Assembly (NCBI RefSeq): GCF_036321535.1
Contig: NC_087436.1
Coordinates: forward strand, 50,718,001 to 50,782,000
Origin: Camelus dromedarius
Lineage: Eukaryota
Direction: 5' to 3'
Length of the DNA stretch: 64,000 nt
The notes beneath the pieces are model-generated. The model worked only from the letters and a program-made list of their open reading frames with translations, did not search any database and had not been told where the DNA came from. The first letter of the stretch is position 1. Each line of letters begins with the position of its first letter. Shown here piece after piece: positions 14,416 through 28,050 of this stretch. A program made the translations under genes and the position numbers.

Positions 14416-15424
14416 GAGTCTTAGATAGATCTTTTTCCTTCATGAAATTTTTCAAACATGAAGAGTAGAGAGAATAATATGTTGAACATCCTGTACCATT
14501 AACTCACACTTAACAGCCCCTAATGAATCTCAGAGTAAGTTACAGACATGATAATATTTTACCCCTATATCCTATAGTATGCATTTCTAAAAGGTAAGGG
14601 CATTTTCTAACTAAATTAACAACAATTTCTTAATATCTTTAGGTGAGTCTTTTTAAATTTTGATCTATGCAATATTTGATGGAGTCTTTCAATCAATCAA
14701 AGGGTTGTCTATCTATTTTTTTGTCCAGATCTTGGATATTTTTTCTCTCTCTTCAGTCCTCTTTTTTTATGTCCTTTTGTAACTCCCTACTCCATACTTA
14801 ATAAATTTGTCTTTATAGTTTTCATTTGCTTGCCTTTGCAGTACACACTGGAAAATTTTTGTCTGCTCAGTTCTCTAGCTTATTAACTCACTCTACATTA
14901 TGTCTGTATCATCATTTATTTCTTTAAGTTTGGCACTTGTTAATTTCTAAGAACTATAGTTAAATGTTATGCACAGATATAGTATACTTTCAAGATTCTG
15001 AGGATATTTATAGTTATTCTGAAGTCATGTTCTGGTTATTCTCTTTTTAGTATATCTCTTTCCTCAGGTATAAATTTTTCCATTTAATGAATGTGGTACC
15101 TCAATCCAAGGTATTGGCTTTCCCCAAATATTTGGTGATACTTTAATGGGTACTCATTTTTTAAATTTGAAACTTTCTATTAATTTGTGATTGCTTTATC
15201 TGTTTGCTATTGTCTTCTTTAGGGAATAGGCCATGCTACCAAGCAAGTTACCTTAGAAGCTGAGGCTGAGATTAAGATTCTTATGCAAATGATTTATTAA
15301 GGGAGCTCTCAGTAGAAACCTCTGAGTGAAGAAATCCAGATAGGACTGTGGAAAAAGTCAGTGGTTCCCAAACTTTGCTACTTATTAAAATCACCCAGGG
15401 AGCTTTTGAAAATCCCAGAAACTA

Positions 15425-17970
15425 GAGGAGTGATGTCAGCAAGATGACAGAATAGGACATTCTAGGCTCACCTTCTCCCGAGGAGACAGTGACATAACAA
15501 TATGAGGACCAGACTACCTTTATGGGAACTCCAGAAACCACTTGAGAGATTACAGCATTCCATGTAAGCACAAGGTCAGGAAGAGGCACACTGGCACAAT
15601 TAGAACATTCCATTGCACTTACTTATCATCCCTCATTCCTCTCCTGCACAAAAAGGGGCAATCAGGAGAAAGCTCAACTTTTGGCTTCTCCCTCAGGAGG
15701 GAAAGAAAAAGCTGGAACATGTGTCCTGCATTCTGGATTCTTAAGAGACTGTCCAAAGGACTGGTTTCTGTCTCATCTGACTTGGAGCACTGACAGAAAA
15801 GAAAATGGCACATTTTAGATGCCTAAGGTCTAGTGAGAACAAAAGTGACTCCAGTGCATTGTGACAGTCCGGAGATACTGCAGTACTGCTGATAGATACT
15901 GGAGTAGAAAAAGGCCAAAGACCAGCTGGAGATAATGCACCCAAACCCAGAGAAGATGCATTACAGAAAGGTTTAAGAGACTCTCAGAATCTCAAGCTAG
16001 GCTGATTGGTGAAGGTCCTTCCCTAGTGAAGACGTCCATAAAGACCAGGAGAGATAGCTGTTTTTTCAAATATACAAATTTCAACAAAAGATAACAAGAC
16101 CTACAAAGGAACAAGGAACAAAATAAAACTCCAGAAACCAATCCTAAACAACTGGAAATGTATGACTTACTCACAAGGAATTCAAAATAACCATCATGAA
16201 GATGCTCAGTGAGCTCAAAGACATCACAGACATCTAAAAGAAATAAAAAAATGATGGATGAACAAAATGAGAATACCAACAAAGATATAGAAGCTATTAA
16301 AAAAAAAAAACCCAAAACTAAATTCTGGAGCTGTATAATACAATAACTAAATTGAAAAATGGACTAGAGGGATCAACAACAGACTAGATCAGATGGAAGA
16401 AAGAATCAATGAACTTGAAGACAAGTCATTTGAAATTATAGTCAGAAGAGCAAAAAGAAAAACAAATGAAGAAAAGTGAAGAGATGCTAAGGGATTGTGG
16501 GTTGCTTTAATGGACCAGTTTATGTATTATGGGAATTTCAGGAAGAGAAGAAAGAGATAAATGGTCAGAAAGCCTATTTAAAGAAATAATGGCCCAAAAT
16601 TCCAAACTTGAGGAAGGAAATGGACATAAAAATTCAAGGTGACCAGAAAACTCCCATTAAGATAAAACCAGAGACCTACACTAAGGCACATTATACTTAA
16701 GGTGTCAAAAGTCATAGAAAGTGAGAATCTTGAAAACAAGAGAAAAGCAAGAGCTCCCATAAGATAATAGATTTCTCAGTAGAAACCTTGCAAGCAAGAA
16801 GGGAATGGGATGATATATCCAAAATGCTGAAAGGAAAAAAAACAGCCAACCAAGAATACTATATCTAGCAAACCACATGTAAAAGCTTCATAGCATTGAA
16901 TTTGGCAATGATTTCTTGAATATGACACTTAAAAGCATAGGCAAAAAAAGCAAAAATAGATGGAACTGCAGAAAACTTAAATACTTCTGCACAGCAAAGG
17001 AAACAAAGTGAAAAAGCAATGCACAGAATGGGAAAAAATAATTGCAAACCATGTATCTGAAAAGACATCAATATTCAGAATATATAAAGAACTACAACTC
17101 AACAATTTCCTGATTAATGGGCAAAGGACTTGAATAGGCATTTCTACAAAGAAGATATACAAATGGCCAACAAGCATTTGAAAGTGCTCAGCATTTGTAA
17201 TTATCAGAGAAATGCAAATCAAAACCACAATGAGATAACACTTCATAACCATTAGGATGGTCACTATTTAAAAAAAAAACTAGAAAATAACAAATGTTGA
17301 CACAGACATAGAGAAATTGGAACATTTGTACACTTCTGCGGGGAATATAAAATGGGCAGCTGCTATGGAAAACAGTTTGGAGTTTCCTCAAAAAACCAAA
17401 AGGAAAATTACCATTTAATCCAGTAATGCCACTTCTGGGCATATATCCAAAAGAACTGAAAGTAGGCTCTCAAAAGAGATATTTGCATGCCCACATTCAT
17501 TGCAGCATTATTCACAACAGCCGAGAGGTAGAGATAAGCCAAATACCATGGACAGATTAATAGATAAAGAAAATGTAATATGTGTGTGTGTGTATCTATA
17601 TACACACACAATATTATTCAGCTGTGGGAAAAAAAAAAAAAGGAAATTCTGTCACATTCTACAGCATGGATAAACCTTGAGGACATTACATTGATTGAAA
17701 TAAGCCAGGACAAATATCGTATGATTCCATTGACAATTCTAGAGTAGTCAAATTCATGTTAACAGAAAGTAGAATTGTGGTTGCCAGGGCTGAGGGGAGG
17801 GGGGTAAGGATGTTGTTCCATGAGTATAGAGTTTCAGTTTTGCAAGATGAAAAAGTTCTAAGTATGTGTTACACAATAATGTGAATATAGTTAACACTGC
17901 TGAACTGTTCACTTAAAAATAATTAAGGGTTAATTTTATGCTATGTATTGTTTACAACAATTTTAAAAAC
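15425..17970 (+). mobile_element. L1 with 5' UTR, ORF1 remnant and 3' end; most of ORF2 missing
   Basis: L1-type 5' start (caagatgacagaatagg), A-rich ORF1 remnant 16100-16870, abrupt switch to ORF2 C-terminal sequence at about 16880, 3' UTR to about 17970. Confidence 0.85.
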
Positions 17971-18074
17971 TTTACAATATCCAAGTATTCAGGTCAAACT
18001 CCATCCTAAATCAGATCAAAATGTCTGGGAGTGTGATCCAGGCATCAGTATTTTTTACAAATCCCCAAGTACGT

Positions 18075-18537
18075 GGTAAGATCACTGTCAGTGATCGCTG
18101 CTTTCTGATATGTAAACCTTTGTGTAATACCTTCTTAAATGTGGCCTGAACTTACTGACTTGCTCCTAATGGACAGAGTAAAGCAGAAGTGATAGGATAT
18201 CACTTCTAAGATTTGGTTGTAAGAAGACCATGGCTTCTGTCTTCCTTGTTCTTTTGCACTCTTAATCGCTTGTCTTGGGGGAAGTCAGCTGCCATGTTGC
18301 AAGCAGCCCTGGGAGAGACCCCCATGGCAAGAGACTGAATTCCTGTCAACAGCCATGAGAGTAAACTTGGAAGCAGATCTTCCCCCACCCACCTCATGAG
18401 AGACCCTGAGTAAGAGGCATACAGCGAAGCCACACTCAAGATTCCTGGCCTACAGAAGTTGTGAGATAAGAAATGGATGTTGCTTTAAGCTTCTAAGTTT
18501 GGGCATGATTTGTTAAGCAGCAGTGGATAAATAGTAC
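18075..18537 (+). mobile_element. MaLR (MLT1-type) solo LTR
   Basis: typical MLT1 3' end (gtgagataagaaatggatgttgctttaagc...tttgttaagcagcagt...aca). Confidence 0.75.
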
Positions 18538-19509
18538 ACCAGGTGGTTCCAATGTGCTATAAAGTTCAGGAGCCACTGAACTAGGCAAATACGTGTTTTC
18601 AGAGAGTTCTAGGGCCTTCTTGACTCCCTAGGGAAATCCTGAGCATAAACTGCACCAGAGAGGTTGTACAGCCAGAGGTAAAGGAGCTACACTGTTAGAC
18701 CCTCACATCAGTCAGTCATTGGCAGGAGCTGTCTGGAAGGGGGAAGTTGTGGACCCCTTTAGCATCCGCAAGTAAGCTCTTGTTATCAGGGCAAAGCTCC
18801 CAGAAAGCTGCAGGTGTTGGTGGTTAGCAGCCAGCAAGCCGCAGCTGGGGGATGTGTGCACTGGGCTGGTAAACGGGTTCCCGTGAGGCACCAAGAGCAT
18901 CTCTGCACACCATGTACTGCAGCATTTAGAAAGTGAATGTGGAAGACACACAGCAAGGTTCTGAATGGGATATGCAAACAGAAGGTATTCTGAGCAGGAA
19001 TTTAGGAATTTCCCCATTCCTCATGGGTGTCATCAGCCATCCCAGAAATTTTTTCATTTGCCTTTATAACTGAGGTGCCCACACTCATGGTTCCTTCTTT
19101 TGGACAGATAGCTCTGTTCCTTACTGACTTGTTCAGGAGATAGGAATGGTGTGGGGACTACAAGTGACTGGCTATTGTTACAGTGGTACTCTGAGTAATC
19201 ACCCATTTGATTTCCTCAGGAGTCCCTCCTGCTCCCAGAATCTGCCATTTCTGGGCTTAGAGCATTTTTAGAAGTATATCGTATCTTCTATAGCAGTCTT
19301 TACTTACATGCATTTTGGCTTCTGGTTTCCTTTTTCAGTCCTAAACTGTCTCTTATCTTCCTGGGATACACTTAGTTTCTTGTCCGTTGAGGAGTCCCCT
19401 TTTGTTTTCTAAAGTTGTAAAGGTTAATTTATTGTTATACAATTTATTATAAAAACACTGTTTGGTTAAAAGGATGTGTTTTAATTGGTTTTCAAAGATT
19501 TCCTCTCAG

Positions 19510-19685
19510 TTTTGTGTTAGGTGCTGTCTCTCCTGCGGTTGTTGTCCCTTCCATGCTTCATTTACAAGAAGAGGGATATGGTGTTGAGAAAGGCATTCCA
19601 ACCTTATTAATAGCTGCCAGCAGTTTGGATGACATCCTGGCTATCACTGGATTCAATACATGCCTCAGCATAGTCTTCTCCTCAG
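19510..19685 (+). CDS. SLC9B1: SLC9B1 coding exon with AVSPAVVVP and the ion-binding DD motif (AASSLDDILAI; DD at 19628-19633)
   Basis: ctctcag| acceptor, G|gtaaac donor, 176 nt, phase 2/1; hallmark CPA2/NhaA-type motifs. Confidence 0.97.
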
Positions 19686-21369
19686 GTAAACAAAAAAATA
19701 CAGCAGCTACCATTATAATTCATACCTTTTTTGTTCTTTAAACAAGGTTTCTGGCTTTACTTCTTCATTTATTAATGAAGACTTTTCGATTTAACATCTT
19801 TTTTATTCTTCATAGAAAGCTCATTTTAGGCCAGGGAAGAAATTTCTATGGGTTAAGATACCACTACTTAACACAAGTGAGTTCCTTTTAATAACCAAAT
19901 AGTTCAGTTAACTTGATAACCCATATTATTACCACTTACCTACTCATGTTGTTTTGGAATTTTATCACAGTTTTCAACAGAAAAATTTAGACAGCAATAT
20001 TATTATTACTACTAATATATTTAATAGATACTTTTGAGATGTACCTTTCTGGCCATCATGATAAATAACTAGTTGCTCTGTTATTAAGATAAGTTAATAT
20101 ATAGAGTGTGGACAGATGTGTGTCTTTTTGGTAATAGTGGGCCAAGATCCTGCACCAATTCTAAATCCCAAGGTGATATTTGGTGTTGAATGTCACTGCA
20201 GGAATTGTAAAACCAAACATTCCACATTTAATAATGCTTTAATTATCTGCCAAATTTAATCTTCTGTATTACTAAAGCACCAGATTATTTTTAAGTTGAA
20301 AAGTTATATGTAGTTTCTCTTAAAATCATAAGGTATAAATGAATAAGAAGAAAAAGGGAAAAGATAAAAATAAAATTTGCAATAGTCATACACCCAGGAA
20401 TAAAAATTCTGAATCTTTTGGTGTAAATTCACCCAGACTTCTCCCTGCCCCACCTCTATCTGTCTCTAGCTCTCTCTCCCTCTCCTTTTTCTCCCTCCCT
20501 CACTCTCTCTCTTCCAATGTTCTTATAAAAATTATTGAACATTAACTATACTTTCTTATAACCTGAGTTATTTTGAACTTAACTGTATACTGCAGATGTG
20601 TTCCTTTTCAGTAAATATATTTTGATGACATTTTTAATGGTTGCATAGTATTTGATTGGCTGCATCATGATTAGTTAACATGTTGAAAATTGAAATTGAT
20701 GCCAGTATTTGCTATTAAAACAATGCTTCGTTGAGTATCTTACAGCTAAATCATTGTACCTAATCTTAATATTTTCTTAACCTTTAAAGAGAAATTGGTG
20801 AGTTAAAAATTATGTAACATTAGAAGATTTTTTGAAATATATTCCCACAACATCATGTCCTACCAGGGTGCACAAGCATGCTACTTTCTCTTCACCTTGT
20901 TCAGAATTAGGTGTTACCAGTCCTGTTTACCTTTGCCAATTTGATAGGTGAAGAGTGAGCCCTCTTTAAATGAAGTACGTTTGAGTACGAGTGGTGTTAA
21001 ACAAATGTTCGTGTTTATTGGCCATTACCATTTTGGAATGTTTTGTAAATTGCTTTTCTTGAAATATTTTGCCTATATCCTATAGGTGTGTTCATCTTTT
21101 ATTCTTGATTTGTCAGGATTCTGCATAAAATTAAGAATGATAACCCTTCATTTTATAGCCTGTGGTTTTTTTTAATTTGACTCTTAACTTTATATCTTTT
21201 TTTTTGTCATTCAGCAGTCCTACATTTTTAATTGTCAAATCTGGCAACCTTTCCTTCATGACTGGTTTCAGTCATTCTTTCAAAAAATATTTTTTGTGCT
21301 CCTCTTCCGTTGTGCCAGCTACTGTATCAGACACCGAGGATGAACAGTGAACAGCAATATTAGCTTTTA

Positions 21370-21575
21370 TTGAGTAATTGCTTGGGACTTTCTGTAAGTT
21401 CTATAGATGTTTTTACTCATTTAATAATCACAATAGTGCTAAGGTCATTTTATAGATAAGGGAACTAAGGAACAGAGGTTAACTTGTTCGAAGTCACAGA
21501 TCCAATAAGTGGGGGAGCCAAGATTCAAATCTGGCAGTTTGACCCCAGTCTCACACTTTTAAGTACTATTTTATA
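21370..21575. mobile_element. MIR SINE remnant
   Basis: cattttatagataagggaactaagg...agaggttaacttg...aagtcacag core. Confidence 0.7.
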
Positions 21576-21899
21576 CTGCCTTCCAGCCCATCAGACAAAA
21601 AAAGAGCGTGTGGCCCATGTTCTCAAGGAGTTTATATTAAACAAATAACTACAAATGTGATAAATATTACATAGTATAAGATGCTGTGGGAACATGCTAC
21701 AGGAGACCAAATCTGATTTGAGGAGGACTGAAAAAAATGAAAACCAAGCAGGTACATACTTAAAAAGTCCTCTTCCATGACATGACTATGTACACTATCT
21801 CTTAAAATCTTAAGGACTTTTAAAGTTCTATTTGATACATTAGATCTTCAAAACATCTAGTTTGGAATATGATAGCTATTGAGATCTGACCTCACCTTC

Positions 21900-22750
21900 C
21901 AAGTCAGTTGGCCCTTTTTCCATTATGTAATGTCCTTCTTTATCTCTTGTGACAGTATTTGACTTAAGGTCTACATTGTCTGATATAAGTATGACTACCC
22001 TGCTGTCTTTGGGGTACCATTTGCATGGAATATTTTCTTCCATCCTTAAAGTTATAACAATCTGTTTTAAAATGATAACAATTAATTTCAGTTGCATAAA
22101 AAAACTCTACACCTCTGCTCCTTTACCTCTCACCCTCGTCACTTTGTTATCAGTGTCACAAATTACATCTTCTTATATTATATATCCATTAATATAGTTT
22201 TATAGTTATAGTTATTTTTGTGCTTTTATCTCAAATTCTGTAACAGAATTGAAAGTCATTTACTCATCACAGTACAGTATTACAGGATTCTGAAGTCATC
22301 TACATGCTTACCTTTACCAGAGGTTTACATGCTTTTGTATTACTGTCTGAATGTCCTTTTATTTATACTTAAAGGATTCCCTTTAACATTTCTTATGAGG
22401 AAGGTCTAATGGTTATGAACTCCATCAGCCTTTGTTTATCTGGAGAGTCTTAATTTCACCTCCACTTTGAAGGACAATTTTGAGGGACAGTATTCTTGAT
22501 TGGCATTTTTTTTTTCCTTTCAACACTTTGAATATATCATCCTACCTTCTTCTGACCTTTAAGATTTCTTCTGTGTAATACTTTTGATAATTTCATGGAG
22601 CTCCCTTGTACATTATGAGTCACTTTTTTCTTGCTGTAAATTTTTAATTAGTTTGTGGAGTTTCATAAAGCCTTTGGACTATATATTGTTGGTAAATCGG
22701 TGTCTCTGTGGGGGATCAAGTTCTAGGGTTCCCATTCCACCGTCTTGCTG
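21900..22750 (-). mobile_element. L1 ORF2 endonuclease / ORF1 remnant
   Basis: VVILISDNVDLKSNTVTRDKEGHYIMEKG in ORF 21876..22097 matches the L1 EN domain. Confidence 0.85.
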
Positions 22751-23420
22751 TTGTCACCATCCATTTCTATTATTTTTAATGGGATAGTATTTCTAAAATA
22801 TGTGTATTTATATAACTTATTGACCTGAATACACAGAGCATAACTGAACTTTTTTTGTGACCCAGGATCGTTTTTTAAAAACTCAGTACAATAAACTACT
22901 TGTATCCATGGTACATAAAATATATTGGAAAATCAGTTGGTCCCTGAATATTACTAGGGTTGACCTTGGGATAAATCTTTTTTTATGTTGTTGTTGTTAC
23001 TAAATTGTCCTTTTCATGTTTAAATCATTTGTCTGTTACACTAGTACATCAGAGAAAAACATTACCAGCCATGTGCTAGGTGAAGGAGGTGCTCCTTTGC
23101 CAGTCCCTGTATGTTCTTTTACCTCACCTGACTGTAAGGGGAGCATATTGTGGTTTCACTTCTTTGTTTTCTGACCCATTTATTCAATGAACATTTCTGA
23201 GTTGTGTGTGTATATATTAAATCATTTGAGAGAACATACTGAATTTATCAAATAGATCTGCATGTTTTCATGTGTTTGAACATTAAAGGTCCACTTTTGT
23301 GTATATGTTCTGTAAAATACATACCTTTCTTTATGAATCACCTACAGTTGATTTTCTGATGTATTGGATATGTGAAAATATTTCTCTATGAAATGTTTTT
23401 CTTATTGCATGCCCTTACAG

Positions 23421-23527
23421 GTGATATTCTTAGTAACGTCCTGTCCTCTTTTCGGGACATACTTATTGGTGTGCTGGTAGGAGCTGTTTTGGGAATGTTT
23501 GTTCGATTTTTTCCAAGTAGAGATCAG
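23421..23527 (+). CDS. SLC9B1: SLC9B1 coding exon, (G)DILSNVLSSFRDILIGVLVGAVLGMFVRFFPSRDQ
   Basis: ttacag| acceptor, CAG|gtaagt donor, 107 nt, phase 1/0. Confidence 0.93.
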
Positions 23528-24409
23528 GTAAGTAAAAAATAATCTATTTTTTTGGAAGTACAGTATTAGACATTTCTTTCAAAAATTTGAACTTTTGGAA
23601 GATCCATGAAATAATAAATTTAATATTTAGTTCTCTTTTGCCAAAAAGAGAAAGGCATCCAAAAAAATGCCTGCTTTCTGCTTAAAACTAATCACAGTTG
23701 TGATTGATACAGGTCAGTGGCCCTAGCGGAAGTCTTTGCTTCCTGATTTGGCAAATAAGGAATATCAGAAAAATGTACTTAATACAGAGTACCCTCTCCA
23801 TTCCAACCCACCCTTTTCTTCAGTAACTTGCCTATTGACTCCTGACATTTTTTCCTAATCTTTCCCCCTCAAACTTTCCACTGAACAATTTTAAGGAAAT
23901 ATATTTCCATTTATCCCTGCATGTTTTAAATTCGCTTCCATCCCCTTTGACTGAGGCAACACTATCAAACTCAACCCTTTTGTGCCCTAAAGGACATGCC
24001 ATTATTCTTGGATTTCCATAACTTCCATCTTAATTTCCCTGTAGCTATTGTCTTAGCTAAAGAGATATTTGAACATTTATTTTTAAGAATCCTTTGGATA
24101 TGTTATATGGAACTACAGGTTACATGAGTCTCTTTTCTTTCATTCTTCTCTCACAGTTAAGATATTATAACCATTTTACTGATGTTTGTGTCAGAGATGT
24201 GTTAGAAGCTGAAATTTAACAATTGCAAATTTTCACTTGATACCAAGTCTGCTAAAGTATATGGTGAATGAGAAAGTCAAAATTTTAGACATTATTTGAT
24301 GTTACATATAAAGACATGCTATCAAAGTTTAATAATAAATGATGGATAATATAAATATTGTATAATATATTTAATGTAAATTAATTTCCAAGAGTCCGTC
24401 TAATTCTAG

Positions 24410-24559
24410 AGAAAGCTTCCAGTGAAGAGAGCATTTCTGCTGTTGAGTATGTGTGTTTCTGCCGTCTTAGGCGGCCATCGCATTGGTATGAATGCAGCTG
24501 GAGGATTATGCACACTGGTACTGAGTTTCATTGCAGGGAATGGTTGGTCCAAAGAAAAG
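24410..24559 (+). CDS. SLC9B1: SLC9B1 coding exon, RKLPVKRAFLLLSMCVSAVLGGHRIGMNAAGGLCTLVLSFIAGNGWSKEK
   Basis: ttctag| acceptor (weak pyrimidine tract), AAG|gtgaat donor, 150 nt, phase 0/0; GGLCTLV motif. Confidence 0.92.
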
Positions 24560-27258
24560 GTGAATATTTTTAATATGTCATTCTTAGAAAGATAATATAA
24601 CTGCATTTTTTTTACATCTATAGTGGGCATTTAAGCAGTCTTCTCATTCTAGTTGGAAGATGTTCCAAAAGTTTGTATGTTCAAGGAAGTGAATGAATCA
24701 ATCAACCAAAGAAATAAAATATTCAGGAAAAGGACCCTGAAATACACTAAAATGCAATCAGAAGTTGAGTTATCACATCAGGCCTTTCTATTTTCCAAGT
24801 TTTATGCAATATGACTGTAACTTTTATTGATTTTATTTATTATAATTTTAGTTATACAATTAATACATGAAAATATACTCAAAGTATTAAAACAATACAA
24901 AAGGCCCACACATGGAATAAAATGTAAAAGACTCGTTTTCCCCCACCATTCCCAAAATTCAAACCCCCTTCCCAGATCATTTCCTCTAATCACTCCTCTA
25001 TTTGTAGACCTTTAGATCACTTCCATTTTTTTGTTATTATAAACAGTGCTGAACACTGAACAGTCCTGTTCATGTGTGGTTTTGCAAATCTACAAGTACT
25101 TCTGTAGGAATAGATTTCTAAAAATGAAATTTCTGAATTTAGAAACAGTATATTTCTGTTTTTGATGGGTACTGCCAAATTATCCCTTGAAAAGTTTATT
25201 TGCACTGTTTACTACCAACAGTGTAGGAGAGTCCCCTAATACCTAAACCCATCAACAAACTTGGATATTATCAGTCTTTCCTTTTTTTTTTTTTTTTTAC
25301 AATCTGATAAGTAAGAAACTATGTAACATTGTTATTCCTTACTTACATTTCTCTCATTAGTGGTGGAGTAAGCTTCTCTTCATATATTTTTTATAACTGT
25401 CTATTCATATTCTTTTCCCACTTTTAATTGGTTTCTTTGCCTTTTTGTTCCTAATTTATAGAGTTCCTTTATATGTTAGGGCTAACTAATCCTTTGTTAT
25501 GTATATATTGCATATAATTTTTGCTTATCTTCAGCTTTGCTTTTGATGTCTTTTGTATGGAAGTAAAATTTCCTATAATTAAAACTGTCAGTCAGTTCTT
25601 CCTTTTTGGTTTTGGGTTCTGTATCTTGTTTAAGAAGGGTTTTTTCACTCAAGATTATCAGATTATAAACATTATAATACCTTCTATATTATCATCTAAT
25701 ACTTTGGTAGTTTTGTTTTGCATTTAGTTCTTTAATTCTTCTGGGATTTATTTTTGTGAATGTTGTGAGGTAAGGATGTACATGTGTGTGTTTATATGTA
25801 TTCATAGACATACATATGTATACATATAATATATATGCATATGAATTGGATAATCAGCTTTTGCCAAATTATTTATTGATTAATCCATTGCTTATTTGGT
25901 AATTTTTAAGTGCCTCTTTTAACATGTTCTAAACTGTCACTCACATACATATACATAAATTTACTTCTGGAATCTATTTAATCCTACTTAGCCATTCTTA
26001 TGCCGATACCACTCTATTTTAAATTACTGTAGTTTTTCGTCTCAAAATCTAATATAGAAGATTCCCTCTTATTGTACCTATTTTTAAAGTATTTCTTGGC
26101 TGTTTCTGCCTATATTCTTTTCTTCGATAAATTTTAGAATCACCTTGAGAAGTTCCCTATTCAAAAATCATACTGGCATTTTGTTTAGTATTCAGATAAA
26201 ATCATAATTATAAAAGAAATCAAATGACTAATCAATTACAATTAAATAAATAAATGAAAACTATTAGTTTTTTTACATGGCAAAGGAAATTAAACAATAA
26301 AGAATAAATAGGTTTTAAAGATTAAAAGTAATGAATAGGATAGTGCGCTATAAAGAAGAAAGAGTAATACTGGTTTTCCTCTGTTATTTCCTTTTTAAAT
26401 TTTACTTTTATAAATGGTAACCAGAAAACCCAGTCATAAGGGGAATAGTTATGAAGACAGTTTATGCCCCAAACAAAAGATATCAAAGTTTCTCCTCCTG
26501 CGAAAAAAAAAAAAAACAAACCCAGACTGAGATTAAAAATCTCTTCATCCAAATTCCCGGAGAAGAGCCAGAGTACTGTTATGTCAGTAGGGGCATTTCC
26601 TGTAAGGACGTAGTTGTGGAAGTAGCACTGGGAGGGATTAGTCCCAGAAAGGGAAGCTGCGCAGCAACCAATTAAGACTCTATTACATGTTTTGATTTGG
26701 TTTTTAAGGAGAAAATAACTTTAAACTTGCATTGTATGTAGGTCCTTTGGAAGTAGGCCTAACAGATTACCAGAATTTTTTTTTCCCAGTAGGTTAGGAC
26801 ATATCAGGATTCACTTTCCTGGGATTGGGTCCCAGAATAATTACTAGTGGAGGTCTTCCCAACTCCCTTCTGAGAGCTGAAATGTGTGAATGATCTTCAG
26901 TATGTTCTCACCAGGCATAATGAGGTTCTATCTCTGTTCAGTTGCCTTACAAAGAAAAGCTAGAACTCTTAACTGCACCGTCATGACATGTATGGAAATC
27001 CAAAGACCTTAATTGTTCCATGACAAATTTACCAAAAGATATTTTACTTTATTGCTTTGTAGATTTCTTTTAATCAAATTTCTACCTAAGTGTTTGTGTA
27101 AAAGAATTAACCCACTCACTTAATTTTTATTGTTTTAACATTTCTTCTACAAATATAATATCTTAAGTTTATTAAACGTTAAGAGAGACTTTAAACTTCT
27201 GAATTGCCAATACTTTTATGTGTCACATTAACTGAAAATGTATTACTCTTTTCTACAG

Positions 27259-27367
27259 ATTAAAGTCCAAAAAATTATTGGAACTGCATGGAATATTTTT
27301 CAACCCCTTCTTTTTGGTTTGGTTGGAGCAGAAGTATCTGTTATCTCTCTTCAGTCAAATGCTATTG
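27259..27367 (+). CDS. SLC9B1: SLC9B1 coding exon, IKVQKIIGTAWNIFQPLLFGLVGAEVSVISLQSNAI(G)
   Basis: ttctacag| acceptor, G|gtaaga donor, 109 nt, phase 0/1; W-x-IFQPLLFGLVGAE motif. Confidence 0.95.
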
Positions 27368-27913
27368 GTAAGAATGATTAGAACCACAGAAAATAGAAGA
27401 TTTGAAAATATTTAAGAAAACTTTGAATAATTTTTATTTTTATTTATAATATGCTATAAGGACCTTCTTCAGAAGCTCGTGTTGTAACATGTATTTATTC
27501 TTCCTTACCATGTATGCTCTTTGTAACAAAAAACAACCCTGAATATCTTCCCTGAGTGATCTAAGGAAATGAAGATTAGAATTCTTTTCTGAGGGGAAAT
27601 AGTGGATACCATCAGTACCTTTTGAATGCTTTCATTTATAGTAAAAGTTCAAAGTCTGTTAGCTCAAAATTAAATAAATATACCCTATCTTATTTTTCAT
27701 TATACTCCACCATCAGGTTATCTCTTGCACTTTACATAGAAACCTCAGTCATATTTGTTTTTTTATGATTATTATTTTTACTTAAAAAATAAAGGTATAA
27801 AGAGACAATAACCTTAAAATGCTTTCAACCCTTTTGCAAGTCATATCTCTAGGCATAAAGAACCACTTCTTCCCAAATACTGTGTTTCTTATGTTTGTTT
27901 TTATCTGTTGTAG

Positions 27914-28050
27914 GCATTTGTGTTACTACCTTGAGTTTGGCATTATTGGTTCGAATTTCTTTTACATTTGTATTGACGTGTTTTACTGGCTTTAAATTTA
28001 AGGAGAAAATATTTATTGCTTTATCGTGGATGCCCAAAGCTACAGTCCAG
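27914..28050 (+). CDS. SLC9B1: SLC9B1 penultimate coding exon, (G)ICVTTLSLALLVRISFTFVLTCFTGFKFKEKIFIALSWMPKATVQ
   Basis: ttgtag| acceptor, CAG|gtaaga donor, 137 nt, phase 1/0; KEKIFIA..W.PKATVQ motif. Confidence 0.96.

Noticed and set aside
27841..27913. Upstream tag|gcat acceptor at 27852 mimicking the real one
   Set aside because: 61 nt upstream, would frameshift to a stop; no support beyond the motif
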